A DNA stretch of 51,707 nucleotides from Gammaproteobacteria bacterium. Its GTDB lineage: Bacteria; Pseudomonadota; Gammaproteobacteria; JBOHHR01. The notes under the pieces were generated by a model, which saw only the letters and a list, made by a program, of their open reading frames with translations, was not told the DNA's origin and did no database searches. The stretch lies in assembly GCA_050740975.1 (NCBI GenBank), contig JBOIEE010000011.1, positions 1 through 51,707 of the forward strand, given 5' to 3'. The translations under genes were made by a program, and so were the position numbers. Positions 16,946 through 26,262 of the stretch are shown here, in pieces; the first letter of the stretch is position 1; every line of letters begins with the position of its first letter.

Positions 16946-18196
16946 ATGGAGAGTGTGTACGAGGCGATCATCATAGGTGGCGGGCCAGCGGGCGCGAGCA
17001 CCGCCATCTTATTAGCACAAGCGGGATGGTCGGTCGCGCTGGTGGAAAAGCAACGCTTTCCCCGACGTAAGGTATGCGGCGAATGCATTGCGGCGCCCAA
17101 TCTTCCGCTGCTTGACGCGCTGGGAGTAGGCGCAGCGTTCGCGGACCTTGCCGGGCCGGAACTGCGCCGTATCGGCGTATTTGCCGGTGGCAGGATACTT
17201 TCCGCCGAGCTACCGCGCTTTGGGGATGGCCGGTACCCATGGGGCAGGGCCCTAGGCCGAGAATATTTAGATGATCTCCTGTTGCAACGCGCGGCAGAAG
17301 CAGGCGCCTGTGTTTGGCAGCCCTGGGGCGCACGAGAAATCGGGTGGGATTGCGGGAGCTATCATTGTCGGGTCCAATCCTTGGGCTCCGGCGTGCACCG
17401 AGCGCTTGTAGCACCTGTTCTGGTCGCGGCAGACGGCTCGTGGGAGCCGTGCCTATGGGCACGCAGTCGGGTTCCCCGGCGGCCGGGTGATCTGTTCGCA
17501 TTCAAGGCAAACTTCTTAGACTGTGACCTGGACCCCGGGCTGCTACCGGTGTTGGCCTTCCCTGGAGGCTACGGCGGGATGGTGGTGGCGGATCATGGTC
17601 GGGTCACGATGGCCTGCTGCATACGCCGAGATGCTTTGCAGAGATGCCGAGATCGCCACCCGCGAGCGAAGGCGGGCGAGTGCATTCAGGAATACCTACA
17701 AGAGAGTTGCCTCGGCGTCCGTCGGGCATTATCTGGCGCAAAACGCGAAGGGGTTTGGTTGAGCGCAGGCCCTGTTCGGCCCGGGATCCGCGCAACCTGG
17801 GGCAAAGACGGTGTATACATGGCGGGCAATGCCGCCGGTGAGGCCCATCCGATCATAGGCGAGGGGATCAGCATGGCGATCCAAGCAGCCAGCTTGTTGT
17901 CCGAGCAACTCGTCTCACATCGCGCGGGGCTGTTATCCGGGAGGGCGATCGTCGGCGCGGGGCAGGAATACGCTTTTCGTTGGCGCAACAGTTTCGCAGC
18001 GCGCATTCGCGCATCGGCCTTACTGGCGAATCTCGCTATGCGGCCAGGCGCGGCGGCGCCCCTGCTGCCCCTCCTTCAGCGTTGGCCAACGGTCCTCACC
18101 CGAACGGCCCGGATGAGCGGCAAGGTGCGACCTCTGGTAACTCAAGCAACGAGGGCGCGCACGCTAGAATACACGCACACAGAAGGGCTCAGATGA
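16946..18196 (+). CDS. FAD-dependent oxidoreductase / flavoprotein monooxygenase (geranylgeranyl-reductase-like fold)
   Basis: The N-terminal dinucleotide fold is YEAIIIGGGPAGASTAILLAQAGWSVALVEKQ. The GD-type motif is MAGNAAGEAHPIIGEGISMA. It starts 4 nt after the methyltransferase stop. Confidence 0.75.
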   Translation: MESVYEAIIIGGGPAGASTAILLAQAGWSVALVEKQRFPRRKVCGECIAAPNLPLLDALGVGAAFADLAGPELRRIGVFAGGRILSAELPRFGDGRYPWGRALGREYLDDLLLQRAAEAGACVWQPWGAREIGWDCGSYHCRVQSLGSGVHRALVAPVLVAADGSWEPCLWARSRVPRRPGDLFAFKANFLDCDLDPGLLPVLAFPGGYGGMVVADHGRVTMACCIRRDALQRCRDRHPRAKAGECIQEYLQESCLGVRRALSGAKREGVWLSAGPVRPGIRATWGKDGVYMAGNAAGEAHPIIGEGISMAIQAASLLSEQLVSHRAGLLSGRAIVGAGQEYAFRWRNSFAARIRASALLANLAMRPGAAAPLLPLLQRWPTVLTRTARMSGKVRPLVTQATRARTLEYTHTEGLR

Positions 18197-18459
18197 CTAC
18201 GCTCGAAAGGTTACAAGGGGTCATGCTCAAGAATTTCGGTCTGAAACCGGAAGCGCTTGCGCCCGAGGCGCGGCTTGAGGATCTCGACATTGATTCCCTA
18301 GGTGTGATCGATCTGATGTTCTGTGTGGAGGACGAGTTCAAGATCACCGTGTCACGGGAGCAGGTCGAACTTGACACCATACAAGACGTCGTCACCTACA
18401 TCGATCATCTCATCGCCGAGCAGAAGACAACGGTAGCCCAAGAGGAGACAGCGCCTTGA
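18193..18459 (+). CDS. Acyl carrier protein
   Basis: 88 aa from the ATG at 18193 (an ATGA overlap with the preceding stop). The phosphopantetheine site is LEDLDIDSLGVIDLM (DSL). The rest of track ORF 17980.. is an out-of-frame overlap with the oxidoreductase. Confidence 0.8.
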   Translation: MTTLERLQGVMLKNFGLKPEALAPEARLEDLDIDSLGVIDLMFCVEDEFKITVSREQVELDTIQDVVTYIDHLIAEQKTTVAQEETAP

Positions 18460-19685
18460 GGCGAGTGGTAGTCACGGGCCTCGGTGTGATCTCTCCGTTG
18501 GGCAATGAGCCCTTCATTTTTTTTGATAACCTCATGGCAGGCAAATCCGGGATCAAGCGCATCGACGCTGACTTTTGCCAGCGTCTGTGCACCCCGCTCG
18601 CCGCCTCGGTTATTTTCGATGCGAGCGCTTATTTCCCGGCGGCCAGATTACGGGCGCTCGATCGCGTCAGTCAGTTCGCACTGGCCGCCGCTGGCCAGGC
18701 CCTGGAGGACGCTGGCCCCGGGTGGAGCGATGCGGACAGGGTGCGTACCGGCGTGTTTCTGGGCACTGGTATGGGCGGGGCCAATACCACGGACGAAGGC
18801 TACCACACTATTTACGCAAAAGGCTCCGATCGGGTCAAACCCTATACCGTGCTAATGGCGATGACAAACGCACCCGCATCCTGGATCGGTATCGAGTATG
18901 GGCTGAGGGGGCCTAATGTCACGGTCTCCACCGCCTGCTCGTCTTCGGCCGTAGCAATCGGAGAGGCCTGGCGCCGGGTAAAAAGCGGTGATGCAGACAT
19001 CATGCTTGCGGGCGGTGCAGAAGCGCCACTGAACTTTGGCACGCTCAAGGCGTGGCAGGCATTGAAAACCTTGGCGCTTGAAGACGCCGTAGACCCGTCG
19101 GCCTCGTGTAAACCCTTTGCAAAGGATCGGACGGGCCTGGTGTTAGGTGAAGGCGCCGCCATTTTGGTGCTGGAAGAATATCGCCGCGCGGCACGCAGGG
19201 CCGCGCGGATTTACGGTGAAATTGTGGGCTACGGGTTGAGCACGGATACAGCCCATATTACCCGGCCCACAGTGGAGGGGCAAGCGCGGGCGATGCAGCT
19301 GGCAATAGAGTCCTCTGAACTGGACGCTAATCAGATAGACTACATCAATGCCCATGGTACCGGTACGCTGCAGAACGATGGAGTAGAAACTTCGGCTATT
19401 AAACATGTATTCGGTGAGCAGGCCTACCGCATCCCGGTCAGTTCGACCAAGTCCATGCACGGCCACCTGTTGGGCGCCGCGGGTGCAATAGAATTCGTTG
19501 TCACCTTGTTGGCGATGCAAGCGAGCGCAATACCACCGACGATCAACCTGCATACACCCGATCCCGATTGTGACCTGGATTATGTGGCAGAGGGGGGCAG
19601 GCTAGAAGTCGAAACCAAGGTCGTTATGTCAAACTCATTCGCCTTCGGAGGAACGAATGCGGTCCTGATCGCGCGAAAACTGTAG
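18456..19685 (+). CDS. Beta-ketoacyl-ACP synthase, KAS I/II (FabF/FabB-like) family
   Basis: It starts (TTG)RRVVVTGLGVISPLGN. The active-site Cys is in VSTACSSSAVAIGEA. The two His motifs are INAHGTGT and KSMHGHLLGAAG. It ends NSFAFGGTNAVLI. There is a TTGA overlap with the ACP stop. Confidence 0.85.
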   Translation: MRRVVVTGLGVISPLGNEPFIFFDNLMAGKSGIKRIDADFCQRLCTPLAASVIFDASAYFPAARLRALDRVSQFALAAAGQALEDAGPGWSDADRVRTGVFLGTGMGGANTTDEGYHTIYAKGSDRVKPYTVLMAMTNAPASWIGIEYGLRGPNVTVSTACSSSAVAIGEAWRRVKSGDADIMLAGGAEAPLNFGTLKAWQALKTLALEDAVDPSASCKPFAKDRTGLVLGEGAAILVLEEYRRAARRAARIYGEIVGYGLSTDTAHITRPTVEGQARAMQLAIESSELDANQIDYINAHGTGTLQNDGVETSAIKHVFGEQAYRIPVSSTKSMHGHLLGAAGAIEFVVTLLAMQASAIPPTINLHTPDPDCDLDYVAEGGRLEVETKVVMSNSFAFGGTNAVLIARKL

Positions 19686-19740
19686 CGCCGGTAAGCTAGG
19701 CATCCGCCGAGCTTCCGCCCGAGGGAGGGCATCCGCGACT

Positions 19741-20580
19741 TCAGTGCAGTCTCTTTTTGGCCTTTTCGACTTCTAGTAAGCGCTCCCGCAGGTATTCCCG
19801 ATCCGGACCAGGGGGAGCTAGCGAAAGGTAACGCTTATAGTCCTCACTGGCCGCTTTATGGCACTCCAGCTTGTCGTACACGAATCCACGATCCCGTAAC
19901 TCCTGTAGATCATTTGGATTAACCACCAGCATATGCTGGATCACATTTAATGCCTTTAGATATTCTTCTGATTTTACGTACACCGCCTTTAGGTTTCGCA
20001 GCATTCGCGAAAGCACGTCACGCTTGCGCGCCGGAGTCAGTAAGTGGGTCAGGTCAATCGGGTCACTTGAATGGAACTCCATAAGACTACTTAAGTGGCC
20101 TAAGAGATCTTTCTCACTCAGTGAGCGACCTCCCGCAAACGGATCCAATACGATGTCACCCCCTTCAACGTTCATTTTGACTAAGAAATGTCCCGGAAAT
20201 AACACCCCCGCCAACGGTAACCCGATACGCTGTCCAATCTCAATGTAAATCATGGAAAGGCTTATAGGGATCCCGGTTTTGCGCTCCAACACCTCGTTTA
20301 AGAAGCTGTTCCGCGGATCATAGTATTCGTCAATGTTTCCGGCGAATCCCTGTTCTTCAAAAAGGAAACGGTTGAGCTCAAAGATAACGTTCGCCACGGA
20401 TGCGCCTGGAACGAGTCGCTTCTTGACCACAGCGGCCATTTCATCGAGTCTGGACAAGTAGCTATCGACTCGCAGGTCAGGATATTCCGACTGAGCAAAT
20501 AGCAAGGCCGCTTCGGCCAAGTTTATTAGGCTATCCGGTCTAGTGACCGCAGCGTTTAGGCGAAGAAGGCTTTTTTCCAT
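19741..20580 (-). CDS. SirB1/YchA-like protein (transglutaminase-like N-domain + TPR)
   Basis: LINLAEAALLFAQSEYPDL, YYDPRNSFLNEVLERKTGIPISLSMIYIEIGQRIGLP and VLFPGHFLV are followed by a TPR-like C-terminus. The likely ATG is at 20580 (MEKSLLRL). The track ORF extends to 20775. Confidence 0.6.
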   Translation of the reverse strand: MEKSLLRLNAAVTRPDSLINLAEAALLFAQSEYPDLRVDSYLSRLDEMAAVVKKRLVPGASVANVIFELNRFLFEEQGFAGNIDEYYDPRNSFLNEVLERKTGIPISLSMIYIEIGQRIGLPLAGVLFPGHFLVKMNVEGGDIVLDPFAGGRSLSEKDLLGHLSSLMEFHSSDPIDLTHLLTPARKRDVLSRMLRNLKAVYVKSEEYLKALNVIQHMLVVNPNDLQELRDRGFVYDKLECHKAASEDYKRYLSLAPPGPDREYLRERLLEVEKAKKRLH

Positions 20581-20859
20581 ATCGTTTCGAACGCAACGTT
20601 TATTCCAATCTTGTGGAAGAACGTAGAAAAACCAAGACAAAGCGTTAAAGGCATATTCATTGCCTGCGCAAGAGGTGATGCAAAAACTAGTGGGCCTATC
20701 AACACACTCGATAAGCGCTGATGAGCGCTTGGCCGTTCCAGAAAGTTTTAGAGCAAGACCATCGATTTCATGCAATCAATTACCCCTCTTGTCTATTAGC
20801 TTTTATAATCTAAGAAAAAACAAATTCTTACTCGATCACGGATTCGATTTGATGCCACC

Positions 20860-21687
20860 ATGTCGCAGCTAAAGACCCTCATGTTTGACGTCGATGGAAC
20901 ACTTGTTGACACTGAAGAAGTGCATCGTCAGGCGTTTAATCTAGCTTTCCTGGACTTCGATCTCGACTGGCAATGGACACCGCATCTCTATAGCGAATTA
21001 CTCGCTATATCGGGGGGCCGAGAACGTATCCATTCCTATGCCACGCATCTCGGACAGGCTGCCAAGAAGACCCACAATTTCAACGAGTTTGTGCTCCGTG
21101 TGCATCAGCGCAAATCGGCCCACTATGCCCGCTTGATCAGTAGTGAAGAAGTACCCTTGCGCCCTGGCATCAAACGTTTGCTGAATGAGGCCTTGGAACG
21201 AAACATAAAGCTGGCTATAGCCACGAGTACATCAATGGTCAATGTGAAAACGTTGTTGGACTATCGTCTACCTCCTGATTGGACGTCTTGGTTTGAGGTC
21301 ATTGCAACGGCAGACACCATTGCCAAAAAAAAGCCTTCTCCCGACGTCTACCACTTTGTGCTAAATGTGCTCGGTCAAAAACCTCAACATTGCGTAGCGA
21401 TTGAGGACACAGAAAGCGGCAACACAGCGGCCCTTCACGCGGGGCTCACCACGGTAATCACCCTCCATGCATTAACCCGTGGTAGCAAATTTCCAGGTGC
21501 GTCTCTGGTAGTTGATCACTTAGGAGAACCCGGATTACCGATGACCATATTCAGTAGCCAGAGTCTCAATACGGCCACCGCCACTCACGTTGATTTGCGG
21601 CTGCTTCAGCACGTACTCAGTGTAGCGATTCCTTGTCGCCAAAACGCAGATGCAACGCGCTGTGCCTGCCTTGGGATAGTTGAATAA
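20860..21687 (+). CDS. HAD-superfamily phosphatase, CbbY-like
   Basis: Motif I is LMFDVDGTLVDTEEVHRQAFNLAF. There is also IATSTS, KKKPSPDVY and the motif IV region AIEDTESG. Confidence 0.7.
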   Translation: MSQLKTLMFDVDGTLVDTEEVHRQAFNLAFLDFDLDWQWTPHLYSELLAISGGRERIHSYATHLGQAAKKTHNFNEFVLRVHQRKSAHYARLISSEEVPLRPGIKRLLNEALERNIKLAIATSTSMVNVKTLLDYRLPPDWTSWFEVIATADTIAKKKPSPDVYHFVLNVLGQKPQHCVAIEDTESGNTAALHAGLTTVITLHALTRGSKFPGASLVVDHLGEPGLPMTIFSSQSLNTATATHVDLRLLQHVLSVAIPCRQNADATRCACLGIVE

Positions 21688-21700
21688 CTCTCGAACCTTC

Positions 21701-22237
21701 TCACCAATAATACCTCCGGCCAAAATGGAAGCCGTAGAAAAACGGGTAAGGCCGCAAGGAATAGTATGGATAATAGTAATAGGGAGAGTAACGATAGGCG
21801 TACCGGCTGTAATCTGGCCACAGATAGACGGTTTCGGCCTTAACTACGGGATACCCATACGACTTCTCGCCAATCTTTCGCGTAATCTGGCCTTCGATCA
21901 CCCCATAGACAGTCATCTCCCGATCCGTTTTGTAGACGTCCGGATCTAGGAATCCTTCGACCCGCGCTATAAACCGCCCTGGCGAATAATCTAAACCTTG
22001 TGGCCGTCCGGAACTTCCCAACTGTTTCGCAACAACAATCAGTAACGTGTGATCTTCCTTGTTTTCGATTCGAACTATGGACCCACCCCATCTAACCAAC
22101 TCACCTCGACGATTTTCCGCATCCTTCTGTACGGAGCTTATCGAGGGATCACCTAGGGGAGGGACTTTAATCTGGGGCGGTACGCTGGCGCAGCCTGCAG
22201 CTAAAAGCACAAAGCATAAAATAGTCTTAGCCCGCAT
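21701..22237 (-). CDS. slp: Slp family outer-membrane lipoprotein
   Basis: The lipobox is FVLLAAGC|AS. Slp-like core sequences are VRWGGSIVRIEN, GRFIARVEGFLDP and VYGVIEGQ. The ATG is at 22237, or at 22264 in the track. Confidence 0.7.
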   Translation of the reverse strand: MRAKTILCFVLLAAGCASVPPQIKVPPLGDPSISSVQKDAENRRGELVRWGGSIVRIENKEDHTLLIVVAKQLGSSGRPQGLDYSPGRFIARVEGFLDPDVYKTDREMTVYGVIEGQITRKIGEKSYGYPVVKAETVYLWPDYSRYAYRYSPYYYYPYYSLRPYPFFYGFHFGRRYYW

Positions 22238-22344
22238 AAGACTTACCCACACCCGCTTGAACAAAAAATTAGACCAAACAGCTATGTAAACAGTTCAACC
22301 GGAGGAAACTCGATTTGCAAGCAATGCATGGGCGCAAAGATACG

Positions 22345-22386
22345 GCGGTACGGATTCTGCGGTACGGATTCTGCGGTACGGATTCT
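22345..22386. repeat. Perfect 14-bp tandem repeat x3 (GCGGTACGGATTCT)
   Basis: Read directly: gcggtacggattct | gcggtacggattct | gcggtacggattct. The last copy contains the complement of the protease stop codon (22385-22387). Confidence 0.95.
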
Positions 22387-23590
22387 AAGGTTGAAATTCC
22401 GTTGCCGACAGACGTTCACCCACTTTAATCACGACGGCCTTTAGATTTCCTTCCCTCAGCACTTCGAATCGTACGGTTTCACCCACGCGCAGCAAACCGA
22501 TTTGATTGCGCACGTCGCTTGCGTCGCGCACGCGTTTTCCGTCAATACCTACAACGACGTCACCGGCCCGCAGACCGGCCCGGTCCGCTTCCGAGTCGGG
22601 GACCACGCTGGCGACAACGGCACCACCTTGGGGCGCTACATCGAAGGCTTTGGCAAGCTCAGGTGTCAAGTCTTGAAGTTGAACACCGATAGTGCCCCGT
22701 TTGACTTCGCCGTACCTGACCAAGTGCTCAATCACGCGTTCAACCATTTTGCTCGGGATCGCGAACCCGATCCCCACATTTCCACCCGATTGGGAAAATA
22801 TTGCGGTATTTATCCCGATCAACTCACCTCTCAGGTTGACCAATGCCCCCCCAGAGTTGCCGGGGTTAATCGACGCGTCTGTTTGAATAAAGTCCTCGTA
22901 ACCCTCGATGCCTAAACCGCTACGGCCAAGCGCGCTTATGATACCCGAGGTCACGGTCTGTCCAAGCCCGAACGGGTTTCCGATCGCCACTACGAAATCG
23001 CCCACCCGCAGGCGTTCCGAATCGGCCACCTTGACGGAAGTCAGGTCTTTGGCGTCTATCTTTATAACAGCGATATCGGTCTCTGGATCGGTGCCTATCA
23101 ACTCCGCTTGCAAGCGGCGACCATCCCGCAGTTTGACCGCTATTTGGTCGGCATTGGCGATCACATGATTGTTGGTGACCACTAAGCCACGCCTTGCGTC
23201 CATGATGACGCCAGAGCCTAGGCTCTCTGTCTTACGCTCTAGGGGCATATCAGGGATGTTGAAGAAGCGTCGGAAAAAGGGATCGCTGAGAAGAGGGTTT
23301 TCCCGAATACGGATCCGCCCCTCCGTGGCGATGTTTACCACCGCTGGCGTCACTTGCTCGAGCATCGGCGCAAGAGTAGGCAGCGGCGTTCCCTCAATGG
23401 AAGCAGGAAGCGCTGCTGGTGCAGGAGCAAACAAACTGCTTGCTAACCACATCCCGAACACTAAGGCGCTGCTTCCGACACTGCTCCGGCGGGCAGCGCT
23501 GGCACGGGCTCGCGTTTTTGGAAAAAGAACCACAGTTGCAAGCTCCTTGTTAAATCGTCTTTGCATAAAACCTGGAAGATAAGGCTGCAC
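22385..23590 (-). CDS. HtrA-family serine endoprotease with a single PDZ domain (DegS/AlgW-like)
   Basis: The catalytic triad contexts are [15 protein letters not shown] and [11 protein letters not shown]. One PDZ follows ([32 protein letters not shown]). The start is uncertain, with alternatives inside the first ~45 codons. Confidence 0.85.
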   Translation of the reverse strand: MQPYLPGFMQRRFNKELATVVLFPKTRARASAARRSSVGSSALVFGMWLASSLFAPAPAALPASIEGTPLPTLAPMLEQVTPAVVNIATEGRIRIRENPLLSDPFFRRFFNIPDMPLERKTESLGSGVIMDARRGLVVTNNHVIANADQIAVKLRDGRRLQAELIGTDPETDIAVIKIDAKDLTSVKVADSERLRVGDFVVAIGNPFGLGQTVTSGIISALGRSGLGIEGYEDFIQTDASINPGNSGGALVNLRGELIGINTAIFSQSGGNVGIGFAIPSKMVERVIEHLVRYGEVKRGTIGVQLQDLTPELAKAFDVAPQGGAVVASVVPDSEADRAGLRAGDVVVGIDGKRVRDASDVRNQIGLLRVGETVRFEVLREGNLKAVVIKVGERLSATEFQP

Positions 23591-23672
23591 AAGCCTATTT
23601 CTCTTCTTTCTCTTCTCAAGCTCCTTAAACGGGATTCGAAGGGCATCGCCGCAAATAAAGCTGGGGGGTTTT

Positions 23673-25046
23673 TTAGTTTGTGTCCGCTCTCAGCACCTCT
23701 TCCTGGCCCTGGGTGTTCACAGTATACAGCAACACAGGACGCCGCCATACCTTCGATAGGTAGCCCAATACCTTGCGCGCTGAGTGCGTATCGAGACCTC
23801 TTCCGTCAAACACGTGATCTTGTCGCAGCACTAAAGTGCCGTCGGTTTGCAGCTCGGAAATATAAACCCTGGGGGTTCCGAAATTGTATTTTGGCCTCAA
23901 AATCGCCTCATGAAGGGCATCTATGTCCCATTCTTCGACGGTGATTTCTCCACTACGCTTCGCTGTGTAGGTGAATAGCCCTAATTCTCTGGCCGTGTCC
24001 ACATCCAAGTAATTGCGCACAAAACCGGTGTCTTCCTCCTCTCGCATGATCTTGCGGGCATGATCGAGGCCCTGCTCTTCTATGATTTTATCCCACAAGC
24101 TAAAGCCGATGTGATACGGATTGAGTGCCAGCGCGACTTCGTGCTCACCCGCGAAAGGACGCACGACATCCGAATGGATCTTTATGGCGTCTAGGTATTC
24201 TTCATCCGGCAGGAAACTAGCCTCTCGCAGCAACCTGGCGTGCCAATAGGAAGCCCACCCCTCGTTCATGATGTTGCAACAAAATACGGGATGAAAGTAG
24301 AAAGACTCCTCTCGCACCGCCAGAAAGATGTCTCTTTCCCAGTCGTCCAGCTCGGGTGCATAGTGGGCGACAAACCACAACAGGTCATATTCCGGATGCG
24401 GAGGCATGGGAGCGCGTCGATACTTTGGTTTATGTGAGGAGGGCGGGCTTTCTCCGGGCAGGTTTGTGAACCGTTCCTTGAATTCGTCCTTGGAGAAAAG
24501 AGCATCGGATTTCAGATATTTATCGAAAAGTGGCCGGCGCAAGCTTTTGCTGTAATCGATATGCTGCTCGAGGGCTAAAGCCGCATCCAGAACTTCTTCC
24601 ACACGCTTGACCCCGTGCTCATTGATGGACTGCTCGATCTGATGCGCATGTGCGGCGGCTTGCTCAACGATTCGGTGCCCCACTTGATCCTGGGCCGTTT
24701 TAAACAGCAGATTGTTCTTGGCAAAGTCTGCGTGGCCGAGCACGTGCGCTACTACCAGGGTATTTTCCTGTAGCGAGTTGGTGTTGGACATATACGCCCG
24801 AACTGGGCTACCCGGAAACACCACCTCAAATATCCTCGAATGGCCCATTCTGTGCTGGACCAGTTCGTAGATATATCGCACCCCAAAGGACCAATGCGCC
24901 ATACGCACCGGAAGTCCGTAGACCGCCACCTCCATCATGAACGACGGAGGGACAATCTCAAATTCTACTGGATAGAAATCTAGCCCCAGGGACCGAGCCA
25001 TGCCCTCCAGTCGCCCGAGGTATCCTCTGAGAGTATCCTCCTCCAT
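23673..25046 (-). CDS. ycgB: SpoVR/YcgB family protein
   Basis: [46 protein letters not shown] and [15 protein letters not shown] are typical of SpoVR. The ATG at 25046 lies 5 nt after the yeaH stop. The track start at 25124 overlaps yeaH. Confidence 0.85.
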   Translation of the reverse strand: MEEDTLRGYLGRLEGMARSLGLDFYPVEFEIVPPSFMMEVAVYGLPVRMAHWSFGVRYIYELVQHRMGHSRIFEVVFPGSPVRAYMSNTNSLQENTLVVAHVLGHADFAKNNLLFKTAQDQVGHRIVEQAAAHAHQIEQSINEHGVKRVEEVLDAALALEQHIDYSKSLRRPLFDKYLKSDALFSKDEFKERFTNLPGESPPSSHKPKYRRAPMPPHPEYDLLWFVAHYAPELDDWERDIFLAVREESFYFHPVFCCNIMNEGWASYWHARLLREASFLPDEEYLDAIKIHSDVVRPFAGEHEVALALNPYHIGFSLWDKIIEEQGLDHARKIMREEEDTGFVRNYLDVDTARELGLFTYTAKRSGEITVEEWDIDALHEAILRPKYNFGTPRVYISELQTDGTLVLRQDHVFDGRGLDTHSARKVLGYLSKVWRRPVLLYTVNTQGQEEVLRADTN

Positions 25047-25050
25047 TAAC

Positions 25051-26223
25051 TCAGGACAGCTCGGTGCTTGCCTGATGCTGGAATAGACCTTTAATCGCTG
25101 GCCAGATATCTTCGTAACCGCCAAGCGGATAGCTGCCTACACCCAAACCCCGTCTTACCAAGCTATCGAACAGCCGTCCCGTTTCGGAATGCGATACTTG
25201 CTTTTGGAGGGAACCGGTCTCCACGTATCCGATAAAATTCATCAGCGCGGACAATTCATTTAAAGCGGATGCCGCCGGCCCCCGGTCCGCAATAAAATTG
25301 TCACCGTCGGACGCATAGAACAAATAGCCATTGTACCGATAAGAATCAAAGCGGGATTGAAAAAGGTCTAGCACAACCTTGAATGCACTCGAAGCCTGAG
25401 TACCTCCTTCGGCAGTCACGTAAAAGAATTGCTCCTCCGAAAATTCCCAGGCTGTGCTAGTATGCGCGATGAATACCGTATCCAGCTGGATATACTGCCG
25501 CCGCAAGCCCTGCAGTGCCCAAAAGAAAAACGTCTTGGCGAGCTTGCGGTCTTCTTCGCCCATGCTCGATGAAACATCCATCGCAAAAAAAACCACAGCG
25601 CAAGTCGCCGGACGGCGGCGGCGCGAAAGCTGGCGAAAGCGCAAATCGTCATTCGCAAAGCCCGGTCCATCGGGTTGAACAGAGCGTCGTTTGATCGCCT
25701 CCTTCATGGTGCGTCTCCTATCCAAACGAGAGCGTACCCCGCGCTTGTCCCATCCTTCCCGCACGAATTCATCGTGCGCCAATACGGTGCCGGGCTTGGG
25801 TTTCAGCCTCGGTAACTGCAGTTCCTCCCAAAGCCAGTCGATGATATCGTTGATTTTAAGCTCGATAAAAAACTGAAATCCGCCCTCGTCTGTACCTGCA
25901 CCGCGGCTTCTGCCCTCCCCTAAATCGGGCACCAACACATCCCCGGGTTTAACTTGTCCTTTGGCCCCTTGTCCCGCCCGAACCTGCTCCTCTGAGCGGC
26001 GTAGGCGAAAGCGGCTATGTTCCAAGAAGCGTACAGGCACCCGTATGGCCCGATCGCTAGGACGCGTGATCACGTCCGGGCCGGCGATGATTTCCGGCAG
26101 ATGCGCTTTTACCGCCTCACGGATTTTTTCGTTATGCCGCAACCAATCGCGCGGACCCCGGGAGAAAAGCTCATACCATCCCTTATTCGCAGTACCGATA
26201 GAACGTTTAGGATCAAAACCCAT
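25051..26223 (-). CDS. yeaH: YeaH/YhbH (DUF444) family protein
   Basis: 390 aa between the prkA-like and spoVR-like genes. It has a vWA-like MDVSSSMG motif and the YASDGDN motif. Confidence 0.8.
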   Translation of the reverse strand: MGFDPKRSIGTANKGWYELFSRGPRDWLRHNEKIREAVKAHLPEIIAGPDVITRPSDRAIRVPVRFLEHSRFRLRRSEEQVRAGQGAKGQVKPGDVLVPDLGEGRSRGAGTDEGGFQFFIELKINDIIDWLWEELQLPRLKPKPGTVLAHDEFVREGWDKRGVRSRLDRRRTMKEAIKRRSVQPDGPGFANDDLRFRQLSRRRRPATCAVVFFAMDVSSSMGEEDRKLAKTFFFWALQGLRRQYIQLDTVFIAHTSTAWEFSEEQFFYVTAEGGTQASSAFKVVLDLFQSRFDSYRYNGYLFYASDGDNFIADRGPAASALNELSALMNFIGYVETGSLQKQVSHSETGRLFDSLVRRGLGVGSYPLGGYEDIWPAIKGLFQHQASTELS

Positions 26224-26262
26224 CGCTAACGACCAACCTGTGATTACATGCTCACCTGGTTT

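Noticed and set aside
21701-21815. Tyr/Pro-rich C-terminal tail of Slp (DYSRYAYRYSPYYYYPYYSLRPYPFFYGFHFGRRYYW)
   Set aside because: It is striking by eye, but aromatic/Pro-rich C-termini seem to recur in Slp-family lipoproteins as far as I recall. I cannot show that it is unusual without a family alignment.
22345-22386. CRISPR interpretation of the 14-bp repeats
   Set aside because: The units are directly adjacent with no spacers and are only 14 bp long. This is a simple tandem repeat, and the window has no cas genes.
22385-23590. HtrA protease as a truncated DegP/DegQ that has lost its second PDZ
   Set aside because: The length and single-PDZ layout match the DegS/AlgW subgroup, so no truncation needs to be invoked.
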